Positions 9,314 through 18,732 of a stretch of DNA of 64,000 nt are shown here, one piece after another. The translations under genes were made by a program, and so were the position numbers. The stretch comes from Candidatus Woesearchaeota archaeon. Its GTDB lineage: Archaea; Nanobdellota; Nanobdellia; Woesearchaeales; JAZDKJ01. Within the stretch, counting starts at the first letter, position 1. Each line of letters starts with the position of its first letter. The DNA is taken from positions 32,001-96,000 of the forward strand of contig JAZDKJ010000010.1 of the NCBI GenBank assembly GCA_043803105.1, given 5' to 3'. Below the pieces are notes generated by a model that saw only the letters and a program-made list of their open reading frames with translations, did not search any database and was not told the DNA's origin.

Positions 9314-10786
9314 CTACCCCACAATCGAATTCTCATTCTCATCTGGTCTCTGAACTTTTGCAATCTCGCAAATAGCATCGTAACTTACTTCTTTGTTTTC
9401 CATCATTCTGAAGAATAGTTCGTTCCAGAGACGCTCAAGGCCTCTGTAAGACAAGTCTTTGGAAAGCTTTGCGACTGCAGAATAATCAACATTTACATTG
9501 AAATTTTGTTGTGCGTCTTCACTTTTGTGCCTGCAAAATTCCAGCCTGTCGTTTAAGGTTGGAAGGTCAAACTTCAAGTGGACAAAACGGTCATGAAAAG
9601 CACTACCAAATCTTGAAAGGTCATTTACAGCCAGTACAAGCAAGGACCTTATTTCTCTGGAAGTAGAACCATCAATATTGCGGTTGAATTCCCCGATCAG
9701 GGCAGAGTCTTCACCGTAAGAGGCGTTTCCAAACAGCTTTTCAGCTTCATCAATAAGTACAACACAGTTCCTGTAGCGTTTTGCTAGATCAAAGACCCGG
9801 TGTAGATTGTAATAGGGATCGCCTGAAGCGAAAAGGTTTGAGGCTTTTATGACAATAAGGGCATAGCCTAATTCACCTGCCAGGCATCTGGCAGTATAGC
9901 TTTTACCAGTACCAGCCGGGCCATGGAATAACAAAAGGTTAGACCTTCTAAGGCCTAGGTTCTCAGCTTTCTTTGGGTAATGATACAAATTGACTAGCCT
10001 TGATAACGCTGTAACTGTACTGTTATTGCCAATAATGTTGTTGAGCTTGTTTGCAATCCCATTTTGCACTTCATAGCCAAACATCTGAGTTGGATTATAG
10101 CACTTCATAGCTTGTTTTAAGGCGGAATTTGATATCTTCGCATTTCCAATACGATAGGAAAGCTTGAGAAGTTCAGGCAAATCTCGGAAATTGTAGCCGA
10201 TGGAGTTATTTGCCAGCAAGTCAATCTGCTGTGCTGAAATATATTCTTTGTAGTGTTCTTTTAAGAATGTCTTCTTATTGTGTTCAATCGGTAAGTCAAA
10301 ATGGATCTTTACTTCGATTCTGTCAATCATGGTCTCATCTATATTGTAAAAGCCATTGCACGTGACTATCAAGACTTTGGAAGGATTTCTCTTTGCCAGT
10401 TCCAGGACAGCCATGAAGTCTCGTTTATCCTCAGGTGAATGAAAAAAATTATCCTCATTCATTAGATAGTTAAGGTCATCTATGAACAAAATTTGATGCT
10501 TCGAATTCATTGCCTCTTTTGTTAGCTGGCTTAGATTCTTGCATTTTGTAGCATTGGGCAGGTCGAAGGTTGCTTGAGCACAGTACAGGACTTCCACGCC
10601 TAGATGATGCAACAGCTTTTCTGCCAAGAAAGTCTTGCCAATCCCAGGCGGGCCTTCAAAGATAAAACTCCTGCTTGCAAGCTTAGGTGGGCATTCTCCT
10701 TTGAAAAAGTTGCACAGGAATCTAATGCTAGTCCTATCTACTTCATTTATCGACGTGTTGTTTAGTATGTTTTCAAAGTTTGTCAT
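9314..10786 (-). CDS. Tandem (D1-D2) AAA+ ATPase, CDC48/VAT-like, lacking an N-domain
   Basis: D1: GPPGIGKT, ILFIDDL, DRIEVKIHFDLP. D2: GPAGTGKS, VVLIDEAE, DRFVHLKFDLP. Likely start MTNFENILNN at 10786. Confidence 0.85.
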   Translation of the reverse strand: MTNFENILNNTSINEVDRTSIRFLCNFFKGECPPKLASRSFIFEGPPGIGKTFLAEKLLHHLGVEVLYCAQATFDLPNATKCKNLSQLTKEAMNSKHQILFIDDLNYLMNEDNFFHSPEDKRDFMAVLELAKRNPSKVLIVTCNGFYNIDETMIDRIEVKIHFDLPIEHNKKTFLKEHYKEYISAQQIDLLANNSIGYNFRDLPELLKLSYRIGNAKISNSALKQAMKCYNPTQMFGYEVQNGIANKLNNIIGNNSTVTALSRLVNLYHYPKKAENLGLRRSNLLLFHGPAGTGKSYTARCLAGELGYALIVIKASNLFASGDPYYNLHRVFDLAKRYRNCVVLIDEAEKLFGNASYGEDSALIGEFNRNIDGSTSREIRSLLVLAVNDLSRFGSAFHDRFVHLKFDLPTLNDRLEFCRHKSEDAQQNFNVNVDYSAVAKLSKDLSYRGLERLWNELFFRMMENKEVSYDAICEIAKVQRPDENENSIVG

Positions 10787-10802
10787 TTTTGTCAGAGCCA
10801 GC

Positions 10803-11123
10803 TTATGCAACAGTTTTTGCGATAAAACCTTGTTTGATTTCACAAATTTCACCTTTTTTCTCCAAACCTTCAATAACATGATTGACCTTTTTTTGGCTAA
10901 AGTTCAGACTTTTTGAATCGTTGACAATATCTGTTATAGGTACCGTCAATCCAACCTTTGTTATCAGATTGTTTATCACAGCAAGGATGATTCTCTCATC
11001 CCTGGTAAGATTATCCTTCAAAATTGCATGAGCTGTTAGATCAGGTATCCTTTTCTTGATGAGCTCGCAAACTATCTCTAAATCCTCTTGATTATCTTTT
11101 TCCAAATCAATCGTAAGCTTCAT
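10803..11123 (-). CDS. Small winged-helix protein resembling the MCM/RPA32 C-terminal wH
   Basis: VPITDIVNDSKSLNFSQKKVNHVIEGLEKKGEICEIKQGFI matches the V-x-I-x-x-I...I-x-x-L-x-x-x-G-E-I-x-E-x-x-x-G-x-I pattern. Confidence 0.65.
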   Translation of the reverse strand: MKLTIDLEKDNQEDLEIVCELIKKRIPDLTAHAILKDNLTRDERIILAVINNLITKVGLTVPITDIVNDSKSLNFSQKKVNHVIEGLEKKGEICEIKQGFIAKTVA

Positions 11124-11167
11124 TTTTTCATCTCATTATTTGCAGCCTGCAATCCTTGTCTTTGTGA

Positions 11168-11275
11168 TTATCTCTTTTGCCTTTCAATGGCTTCTGCTAT
11201 TTTGAGCAATGCTTCTTTTACTCCTCGGATTTCACGAACGAAGTCTTGTGTCAATAATCTGTCTGGGTATTCCAT
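11168..11275 (-). CDS. Microprotein (35 aa)
   Basis: MEYPDRLLTQDFVREIRGVKEALLKIAEAIERQKR with an AGGTGA SD-like motif upstream; below the ORF-track cutoff. Confidence 0.45.
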   Translation of the reverse strand: MEYPDRLLTQDFVREIRGVKEALLKIAEAIERQKR

Positions 11276-11419
11276 ATTTTTTCACCTTTTGGATTGATTA
11301 ACTTCAAGGGGATGCCTCAAAGATTCCACAATTTTTCGTTTTTCTTGCATTTTCTGCACCATGTTAGGTACTAACTTTGCACTATTTATATACTTTTCTA
11401 TCATTTAGTATATATTTCT

Positions 11420-11456
11420 ATAATTACGATAATCTTATATAGTTATCAGTAATTAT
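11420..11456. promoter_or_regulatory. Inverted repeat flanking a TATA-like box in a divergent promoter; candidate CARF-regulator operator
   Basis: ATAATTACGATAA (11420-11432) ... TTATCAGTAATTAT (11443-11456), one bulge, enclosing TCTTATATAG. Confidence 0.5.
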
Positions 11457-11518
11457 TTACAAATATGGAAACATTTTTAAGGAGCGATTTCCAACCTACT
11501 CCTGTTGAGGGGTTTCAC

Positions 11519-12121
11519 ATGGGTAAAAAAGTCTTAATAGCTACTCTTTACAGCCCTGAGCCAGTGCTATTGGCAGCTACAAGGCTTGGGCCTGAAAAAC
11601 TCATTCTTCTTATTGATAAACAGCCAGATAAAGAGCAGCAAAAGGCCTTGAAACTGATAGAAGAGTCGCTTGGTAAGGTTATTGATGTAAAAGCGGTTAA
11701 AACAGAGGTTTACGACGTTGTAGCTGTAGCCACAAAATGCGTTGAGATCATAGACATGCAAGACAAGAATGACCACATATTCGTGAATATTACATCTGGC
11801 AGAAAACCTAAAGCTTTGGGTCTGCTGTTTGCTGCATACGCAAGGCATGATCAAGTCTCGAAGATAGGGTATAACCCTGAAGAAGACAAGAATGCTGTGA
11901 TATACTTACCAAGACTGAGTTTCAAACTGACAGAAAGCGAGAAAACTGTACTGCAGTGTATATCCGAAGGAGACTATGCATCAATCAGTGACCTGGCAAA
12001 GAAGATAGACATTTCTACAGCAATGCTCTACAGAGCAATAGGAGAACTTGAAGACAAGGATTTTATAACAACAGAGAAAGGATTGCAGTTAACAGATGCT
12101 GGAAAGATTGCGAGACTATGA
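11519..12121 (+). CDS. Csa3-like CARF + winged-helix transcriptional regulator
   Basis: Rossmann-like N-terminus KVLIATLY...LILL...IFVNITSGRK; C-terminal wHTH SISDLAKKIDISTAMLYRAIGELEDKDFI...LTDAGKI. GAGGGG precedes ATG 11519. Confidence 0.8.
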   Translation: MGKKVLIATLYSPEPVLLAATRLGPEKLILLIDKQPDKEQQKALKLIEESLGKVIDVKAVKTEVYDVVAVATKCVEIIDMQDKNDHIFVNITSGRKPKALGLLFAAYARHDQVSKIGYNPEEDKNAVIYLPRLSFKLTESEKTVLQCISEGDYASISDLAKKIDISTAMLYRAIGELEDKDFITTEKGLQLTDAGKIARL

Positions 12122-12759
12122 ACCAAACAGAATTAACAGGAGACAGTTTTAGGAATGTTAGATGGGATACTCTTACCAGCACTTATGGTAGTTTCCACGC
12201 CACTCTGATAGGGCTTATTGTTGAGTGGTGGGTTCATCTGGATAAAGAAAATTCCGCTTTTGATGAAGGCCCTGCCGCCACTATGAATCCAAACGGAAAA
12301 AACTCAAAAAGAGTTGACCTTCTACTTTGTAGAAATAAGGTGCCATATGCTGTTGTAGAAATCGAAGGTAGTGATTGGGAGAACAAACTAAGTACTTTTG
12401 AACAGTTCTTCGGACAGCAGAAGGATAAATACTCTTTTGAGTCAATCCAAGTCGGAATTTTTATTCTTTATCCTGCCTCCATGCAACAAGGACGTCCAAG
12501 GAAGGGACTTAAGGTTTTTGATCAGATTTTCATGTCTCTGTTTCAAGAAAAGGTTGCAGGCCTTTTAAAGAACAAGAGGCTCTTTGTGATTACAGTAGAC
12601 GAAAGTCTTTACAATTATTCAAAAATCAGGTCTCCATGGGACAAGCTCAGGCAGAAAAATGACTATTATAGTTACGATATGTCAAGGGTGAGACTTTTTG
12701 CCTTCAATGGTGATACTAGGCCGGAAATGGAGATAGTATTATGGCCACCTATTGCGTAA
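12118..12759 (+). CDS. Putative PD-(D/E)XK restriction-like nuclease
   Basis: E...RVDLLL...AVVEIE pattern; ATGA overlap with the CARF gene. Confidence 0.55.
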   Translation: MNQTELTGDSFRNVRWDTLTSTYGSFHATLIGLIVEWWVHLDKENSAFDEGPAATMNPNGKNSKRVDLLLCRNKVPYAVVEIEGSDWENKLSTFEQFFGQQKDKYSFESIQVGIFILYPASMQQGRPRKGLKVFDQIFMSLFQEKVAGLLKNKRLFVITVDESLYNYSKIRSPWDKLRQKNDYYSYDMSRVRLFAFNGDTRPEMEIVLWPPIA

Positions 12760-12828
12760 GCGGAAGACGACGAGGCTGTAAAAATTCAAGTAGACAACAT
12801 CTTTAAATTAGTAAATCGATTCGCAGCA

Positions 12829-13791
12829 ATGGAAGACCAGATTTCTGCGAGTTTTGGATTTTTATTAAGGTCATACCCTAGGTTGCTTGAAGGTTTCCTC
12901 GGAAGAATGGAAATAAGAGTGCCCAGAAAAGAACTAAAGAAAGTTTCTATTGAGACCCAAGTGACTTATGACTCTGGAAAAAGTAAAATTGACCTTCAAA
13001 TTTCCCTGTATAATGAATTCTTGATATTTGTTGAATCAAAATTGTATAAAAATGAGGAAAACGTAGTGTCTCAGCTAAAAAAATATGAAGAAATACTGAC
13101 GTCAAAATCTGGCGAATTTGCAAACAATACAAAATTGGTATATGTAAACAAAATTCCAGTTCCGATTTCTAAGGTTAAAGATATTAGGAGAAAATTAAAG
13201 TTAAAAAAGAATAATTTTTTCTATTTTTCATGGGAGGATTTAATTAAACTTACTGATATAGTAAATAAGAAAGAGAATATTAAATTATTCTCTCAGTATG
13301 TAGGTGATAGCATGTATAACAAAAGAAAAATTTCGGAGCAACAAATAAAAAAAACAGTTGAGGTTCTTGCAATTTACACAGAGCCTTCATTTTGGGAATT
13401 GGCAAAAAAAAATCAAATTGCAGTACAAAGGAATTCAACGCCTGACGCTCAGTATATCGCCTTTCTGAGAACTCATCGTGAAAACAATATGCCAAGCGCA
13501 ATAACCCATATAGCCAAGGTGGAATTTGTTGAAACAAATGTTCCTAGGAGTGTAACATACAAAGGATTTCCAAAGCTTATAGAAAGGTCAAAAAATAAAA
13601 GACAAGATTTAGGCGATACTCACAAGCATTATATTTTAGGAAAGTTAATCCCTCTTGCCAAAGAGATTGTCCACATTCGAGGTGAGGGTACAAAAGGGCA
13701 AGTTAACTTTGCAACCACCATGTCAGAATTACTTCGGGTCAAGAGCATTGGAGAAATTAGAACTTTAAGGCATATCAGAGAAGAAGATTAG
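12829..13791 (+). CDS. PD-(D/E)XK nuclease superfamily protein with an extra C-terminal domain
   Basis: EDQIS...IETQ...KIDLQI...IFVESKL...QLKKY...FSWEDL. The true start may lie slightly upstream. Confidence 0.75.
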   Translation: MEDQISASFGFLLRSYPRLLEGFLGRMEIRVPRKELKKVSIETQVTYDSGKSKIDLQISLYNEFLIFVESKLYKNEENVVSQLKKYEEILTSKSGEFANNTKLVYVNKIPVPISKVKDIRRKLKLKKNNFFYFSWEDLIKLTDIVNKKENIKLFSQYVGDSMYNKRKISEQQIKKTVEVLAIYTEPSFWELAKKNQIAVQRNSTPDAQYIAFLRTHRENNMPSAITHIAKVEFVETNVPRSVTYKGFPKLIERSKNKRQDLGDTHKHYILGKLIPLAKEIVHIRGEGTKGQVNFATTMSELLRVKSIGEIRTLRHIREED

Positions 13792-13871
13792 ATGAAATCC
13801 GCATTGGACAAAACTAGAGGCTCATGCATACTATCGGCAAGCAACAAGAAAAACTTGAGAAAAGGGATACC

Positions 13872-14627
13872 ATGCTAACATCAACATTCATTCACATTGA
13901 CGGAATAGGAAAAAAGACAGAGCAGAGTATTTGGGGTTCTGATGTCTACACTTGGAAGGAGTTTTTAGAAAAAAATGACAGGGTTAAACTTGGTACTCGC
14001 AAGAAAGAGATGGTTATCAGCTCTATTCAGGAATCCCTTAATAGGATTCAACAAGAAGATTATGGTTATTTTTATGGCCTTCCTCACTCTGAGCACTGGC
14101 GGGTTTACAAAGAACTGAAAGACAAGTGCTGTTTTCTGGACATAGAAACTACCGGACTTGACAAGCAAGGCGATGATATAACCCTAATAGGGATCTATGA
14201 TGGAAAAGAACCAAAGATCTTCATAAAAGGCCAGAATCTTGAAGATTTCAAGGATGAAGTAAAGAAATATCCTCTAGTTATCACATTCAACGGCAGATGC
14301 TTTGATATTCCATTCATAAAGGAACACTTTCCTGAAATTAAATTGGAGCAGTTTCATATTGACCTTAGGTTTGTGCTGGCAAGCCTGGGATTCAGAGGCG
14401 GACTGAAGAGTGTAGAATCACAATTGGGATTACAAAGAGAAGACTCGATCAAAGGCATGGATGGCTTCGAATCAGTGGTTTTATGGCATAAATACCAAAG
14501 AGGAAACAAAGACGCGTTAGTCAAGCTAACCGAATACTTAAGGGCAGATATATGCAACCTTAAACCGTTAATGGAATATGCCTATGAGGAAATGAAAAAC
14601 AGGCACTTTTATGGGGTGGCAACCTGA
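13872..14627 (+). CDS. YprB/RNase_H_2-type DEDD 3'-5' exonuclease with N-terminal HhH
   Basis: FIHIDGIGKKTE (HhH), FLDIETTGL, ITFNGRCFDIPF, HIDL, GGLKSVE, YLRADI. Confidence 0.85.
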   Translation: MLTSTFIHIDGIGKKTEQSIWGSDVYTWKEFLEKNDRVKLGTRKKEMVISSIQESLNRIQQEDYGYFYGLPHSEHWRVYKELKDKCCFLDIETTGLDKQGDDITLIGIYDGKEPKIFIKGQNLEDFKDEVKKYPLVITFNGRCFDIPFIKEHFPEIKLEQFHIDLRFVLASLGFRGGLKSVESQLGLQREDSIKGMDGFESVVLWHKYQRGNKDALVKLTEYLRADICNLKPLMEYAYEEMKNRHFYGVAT

Positions 14628-14689
14628 ATAAGGAAATTAACACTTATTACTCCAATGTTTGGACCAGCAAGTCACATAAGGCAAATACA

Positions 14690-15001
14690 ATGCAACACTA
14701 TTTTAAAAACAACAAGACTCGTCAGAAAAATTGGAAAGTTAATCAGAGAACTATTGCAACCCGTATGAGCAGTATGAAGAGGGCAGCTCCCTTCTTATTG
14801 AAGTGGGACAAACTGGTTATAGGAAAATGTGTTGTTTGTGGGGAAGGATTTGAATGGTCTTTGGGCCCACATCACGTTTTTGGAGGGAACAAAGGACCTA
14901 CCGTAACCTTATGCGGAAGTTGTCACAAGGTGTTCGACAAACAAGGCGGTATCAAAGAATTGAAAGCCAGAAGAAAGAAGTATTTGAAATTTAATAAATA
15001 A
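14690..15001 (+). CDS. Small HNH endonuclease
   Basis: CVVCG...PHHVFGG...VTLCGSCH. Confidence 0.7.
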   Translation: MQHYFKNNKTRQKNWKVNQRTIATRMSSMKRAAPFLLKWDKLVIGKCVVCGEGFEWSLGPHHVFGGNKGPTVTLCGSCHKVFDKQGGIKELKARRKKYLKFNK

Positions 15002-15034
15002 AGTTAATGTGAACAGTGTGAATAATATGAGGTC

Positions 15035-15451
15035 ATGAAAATGATGAGTGAATGGCTTATTTTGGATGAATTGGAAGTAAAAAAAGTCCCCTCAAAACCA
15101 GGTGCTTATAAAATTAGCGTTTTTAAAGCCGATGGAACACCAATTAGAATTAATCGTTTTCTTGGAGTTGATCCTGAAGGAGTAATAGATATAGGAGAAT
15201 CAACCGATTTGCATGCTCGACTTCAGAATTTCAAGAGGAATATTGAAAAAGGATCTGGCGGTCATATGGCCGGTTGGAGATTCCATTTTCTAAAGTTATA
15301 TGAAAAGTTCAAAATTCTTAAATTCAGTTTTGAAGTTTGTGCCACAAAAGAACAGGCCTACAAAAAAGAATATGCTATGATGAAGAGGTATATTGATGAA
15401 CACAAGGAACTACCTCCTCTGAATTATAAATACAATTGGTCAGAAGAGTAA
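15035..15451 (+). CDS. GIY-YIG-like nuclease
   Basis: VPSKPGAYKI...IDIGESTDLHARL...E...PPLN. Confidence 0.7.
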   Translation: MKMMSEWLILDELEVKKVPSKPGAYKISVFKADGTPIRINRFLGVDPEGVIDIGESTDLHARLQNFKRNIEKGSGGHMAGWRFHFLKLYEKFKILKFSFEVCATKEQAYKKEYAMMKRYIDEHKELPPLNYKYNWSEE

Positions 15452-15475
15452 TTTTTGACTTTTCACAACAATAAA

Positions 15476-18400
15476 ATGAAGAACAATCAGGAAGAAGCAA
15501 TCGAAAAAACCACAGGCCCATGCCTTATCTTCGCAGGTCCTGGTACTGGCAAGACTTATACTTTGGTTAAGAAGATTAAGCATTTGATTGATTCTAAGGA
15601 GTATGAGCCTTCTGAGATCCTGGCTTTGACTTTTTCTGTTGAGGCAACAAAGAACCTTCGGGAAGAGGTTGAGAAGGAGGTTGGCGCAGCCAATCAGGTC
15701 ATAATCCGTACATTTCACGGTTTTTGTGCTGATATTTTGAGGGTTGATGGCTCAAAGATTGGTATTGATCCAGGCTTTGATATCCTTGAGCCTGATGACA
15801 CTAAGATCTTCTTTCTGAAGTATCTTGACATCAAGCCTTATTACGCTGATCTGTACAGTATGACTATCTCCACGGCAAAGGATTTGAGCATAAGCCTGGA
15901 AGAGATTGAAGCTTACACTCGTAGTCAAAAGGAGCAGCTGAAGCAGTATTGTCCAGATTTAGGGAACCTTGACAAATATGTTGAACAGCAAAATATAGAG
16001 CTTAACACTCTTCATTTGAAATCACATGAAACTCCTACAGAAAAGGCACAGGTAAGAAAGGAAAAGGGCCTTATTGTCGATTTTCTTGAGAAATATGACT
16101 ACTACAAGAAATACCAAGATTTGGTTGATGCTTGGAAAGCATACAATGAGCTAAAGAAGAAAAGAAACCTGATGGACTTCTCAGACCTAAATCTTTACGC
16201 TTTAGAATATTTCAAGAAATATGGTTCTAAGAAGTATTCTGAGCAGTACAAGTACATTCTTGTTGATGAGTTCCAGGATACGAATAAGGCCCAGTTCGAC
16301 CTAATCAGCTTTCTTGCTATGGATCATAAGAACGTAACAATAGTAGGGGACAGGAACCAATCTATCTATGGGTTTAGGGGCGCTTATCAGGAAAATGTTG
16401 CGCATTTCAAGGAAGATTTTGACGTGACTAAAAAGGATATTTTTGAGCTTGAGAAATCCAGAAGGAGTCCAAACACAGTTTTGAGAGTAAGCCACAAGCT
16501 TATACTTAACAATTACGACAAGCCTGAAGAATGCTTTCAGATATCTAATGCCTATGACCTTGAGGGTGTGAAAGTCCAAGTGTTTGAACTCTTGGATGAG
16601 GCAAGCGAGGCTGCTCATGTTGCAGAATTGGTCCAGGAACAATTGGACAAAGGTGTTCCTCATCATGAAATCTGCGTGTTATACAGAACCCACAAGCAGG
16701 GAGCAATCATAAGGCAGGCATTTGAGTCAAAGGCCATTCCTATTGTGACTGCTGGCAGCACTGACTTGTTGTCCAGGCCTGAAATCAAGACAGTTGTTAG
16801 CTACTTGGCTGTTGTCAACAATCTAAGGCAAAGGACTGGAACTGGAGAGCAAGCCTGGTGGAGCTTATTCCATTACAAGAATGACCTTTCACCTGAAGAC
16901 AGCCTTAAGGTTGGAAGATTTCTGGCAGAACATAAGACAGAGTCTGTGGATGCTGTCATATTAAACAATCTTGACAAGATTGGGCTGTCAACGCATGGCA
17001 AAGAGATTATCCTTAGGCTTATTAACAAGCTGAAGGAGTTGAGCCAGACTGCCAAAAAGTCATTACCCGAAATGATTTTTGATATCTATGAGCTTGTCGG
17101 TCTGAATAGGATGTTTTCCTATGAGAGGACTACAGCAAATATTGAATCCTTGCTCAACTTGAAAGAGTTTCTATCAGTTGCAGACTATTTTTCCAAGCTT
17201 CACAGCAGTGACTTACAGAGCTTTATTGAATATTTGGAATTGCTTGAGGAGGCTGGGGTGGAGAAGCGAAGTGAGAAAGTCATTCCAATGAATGCTGTCA
17301 GATTAATGACAATGCATTCCGTAAAGGGATTGCAGTTTGAGACAGTTATTGTTACCAACCTTGCTGAGGGCAGATTTCCTATTGTCAGAACCCCAAGGGA
17401 TCCTCTTATTCCAAAAGAGCTTGTGCCCTACATCAAAAGGCATTTGGCAGGTAAAAATCTTAATCATAAGGAAAGGGAGAAGGAAATTAAGAAAATTGAG
17501 AAGGATATGATGCTTCTGGAAGAGAGACGGCTTTGTTATGTTTCCTTGACTAGGGCAAAGACGAATCTGATTCTGACTTTTGCTTCAGACTATGACAAGA
17601 AAGGAACTGGTGGAAAGTCAATATTCTTGCTTGAAATCTTAGACAAAGGCAACTCAGACATTGAAGTTACGACAATCAGTGAGCAGAAAGGTACTGTAAT
17701 CGCTCCTGATTCAAGATACGAGCGGATGAAAGCTTCTATTAAAGCACAATTTGTGCAGCACCTTGATTCTGATGACTTTCCTACACTGCTGCAGCGACTG
17801 CTGAGCTATCACAGCCTTCGGGAAGCAGATGTTGCTGATTACAAGACCCTGATTGATGAGTCCTGGGACAAGATCTGGCATCCAGAACAGGTTAACTCAA
17901 ACCTGGATATTGCCAAGCAGGAGATTTCCCGAATGAAGTTTGACAAGAATGAGATACGTTTCAGCTTTAGTACATTGGATACTTATGACCAGTGTCCAAA
18001 GAAGTATGAGCTGCGGCATTTGTTTCATATGCCTGAAAGAGGGGATTTTGAAGTTTCTGGAAAGAACTATGGAAGCTTTGTCCATGACCTTTTTGCAGAT
18101 GGAGTAAAACAGAAGTTCAAAAACAAAAAGGAGTATATGGAGCATGCTGAAAATCTATTGAAACTTCCAAAATGGGAAGGACTTGACCTAAAGGATGTAA
18201 TACCACTAATTGAAGTGTTCTGGGCTCGGAACAAGGACAAATATGATGAGAAAAGCGAGGTTGAGAAAGGTTTTGGCTTTGAGATTGATGGAATGAAATT
18301 CACAGGTTTTATTGATAGGATTGACGTGCTTAAAGGCAAAGAAATTGAGATAGTTGACTACAAAAGTAATGCTCATGACATCCCAGTCAAGAAACGAGCC

Positions 18401-18700
18401 TGGCAAATGTCAATCTATGCTTATGCAGCAAAGAACAAACTTGGTTTGATTCCTAAGAAGATCACTCTTGACATGCTCAAACTAGAGAAGCCTTACGTGT
18501 ATGAGCTTGACGCAGAAGGTAATGCAGTCGGAGAAGGAAAAACAAAAGACTTCAACATGAACACATCAATACAGGAAATGGTTGAAACTGCAAAGAAGAT
18601 CATTCATGATTTTGAGCATGAATTCAAGACTACTGAAAATGACAATAACTGTAGGATGTGCGGGTATGGGTTTTATTGTCCGAAGCGCGAGTCGCCCTGA
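15476..18700 (+). CDS. UvrD/Rep SF1 helicase fused to a C-terminal PD-(D/E)XK (AddB/AdnB/Cas4-like) nuclease
   Basis: AGPGTGKT, TFHGF, LVDEFQD, VGDRNQSIYGFRGA, MTMHSVKGLQF, EERRLCYVSLTRAK. Nuclease motifs GFIDRID...IVDYKS with Cys in YDQCP and CRMCGYGFYCP. Confidence 0.92.
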   Translation: MKNNQEEAIEKTTGPCLIFAGPGTGKTYTLVKKIKHLIDSKEYEPSEILALTFSVEATKNLREEVEKEVGAANQVIIRTFHGFCADILRVDGSKIGIDPGFDILEPDDTKIFFLKYLDIKPYYADLYSMTISTAKDLSISLEEIEAYTRSQKEQLKQYCPDLGNLDKYVEQQNIELNTLHLKSHETPTEKAQVRKEKGLIVDFLEKYDYYKKYQDLVDAWKAYNELKKKRNLMDFSDLNLYALEYFKKYGSKKYSEQYKYILVDEFQDTNKAQFDLISFLAMDHKNVTIVGDRNQSIYGFRGAYQENVAHFKEDFDVTKKDIFELEKSRRSPNTVLRVSHKLILNNYDKPEECFQISNAYDLEGVKVQVFELLDEASEAAHVAELVQEQLDKGVPHHEICVLYRTHKQGAIIRQAFESKAIPIVTAGSTDLLSRPEIKTVVSYLAVVNNLRQRTGTGEQAWWSLFHYKNDLSPEDSLKVGRFLAEHKTESVDAVILNNLDKIGLSTHGKEIILRLINKLKELSQTAKKSLPEMIFDIYELVGLNRMFSYERTTANIESLLNLKEFLSVADYFSKLHSSDLQSFIEYLELLEEAGVEKRSEKVIPMNAVRLMTMHSVKGLQFETVIVTNLAEGRFPIVRTPRDPLIPKELVPYIKRHLAGKNLNHKEREKEIKKIEKDMMLLEERRLCYVSLTRAKTNLILTFASDYDKKGTGGKSIFLLEILDKGNSDIEVTTISEQKGTVIAPDSRYERMKASIKAQFVQHLDSDDFPTLLQRLLSYHSLREADVADYKTLIDESWDKIWHPEQVNSNLDIAKQEISRMKFDKNEIRFSFSTLDTYDQCPKKYELRHLFHMPERGDFEVSGKNYGSFVHDLFADGVKQKFKNKKEYMEHAENLLKLPKWEGLDLKDVIPLIEVFWARNKDKYDEKSEVEKGFGFEIDGMKFTGFIDRIDVLKGKEIEIVDYKSNAHDIPVKKRAWQMSIYAYAAKNKLGLIPKKITLDMLKLEKPYVYELDAEGNAVGEGKTKDFNMNTSIQEMVETAKKIIHDFEHEFKTTENDNNCRMCGYGFYCPKRESP

Positions 18701-18732
18701 GAGTTAAAGATGCAATTAATTTAGGCCACAAA

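Noticed and set aside
8579-9418. 279-aa plus-strand ORF
   Set aside because: Phe/Leu-rich antisense shadow of the Lys/Glu-rich minus-strand genes.
11519-18700. CRISPR-Cas locus suggested by the Csa3-like CARF gene and the Cas4-like Cys pattern
   Set aside because: No repeat-spacer array and no cas1/cas2/cas3/cas7/cas10. The Cas4-like domain is the C-terminus of a UvrD fusion.
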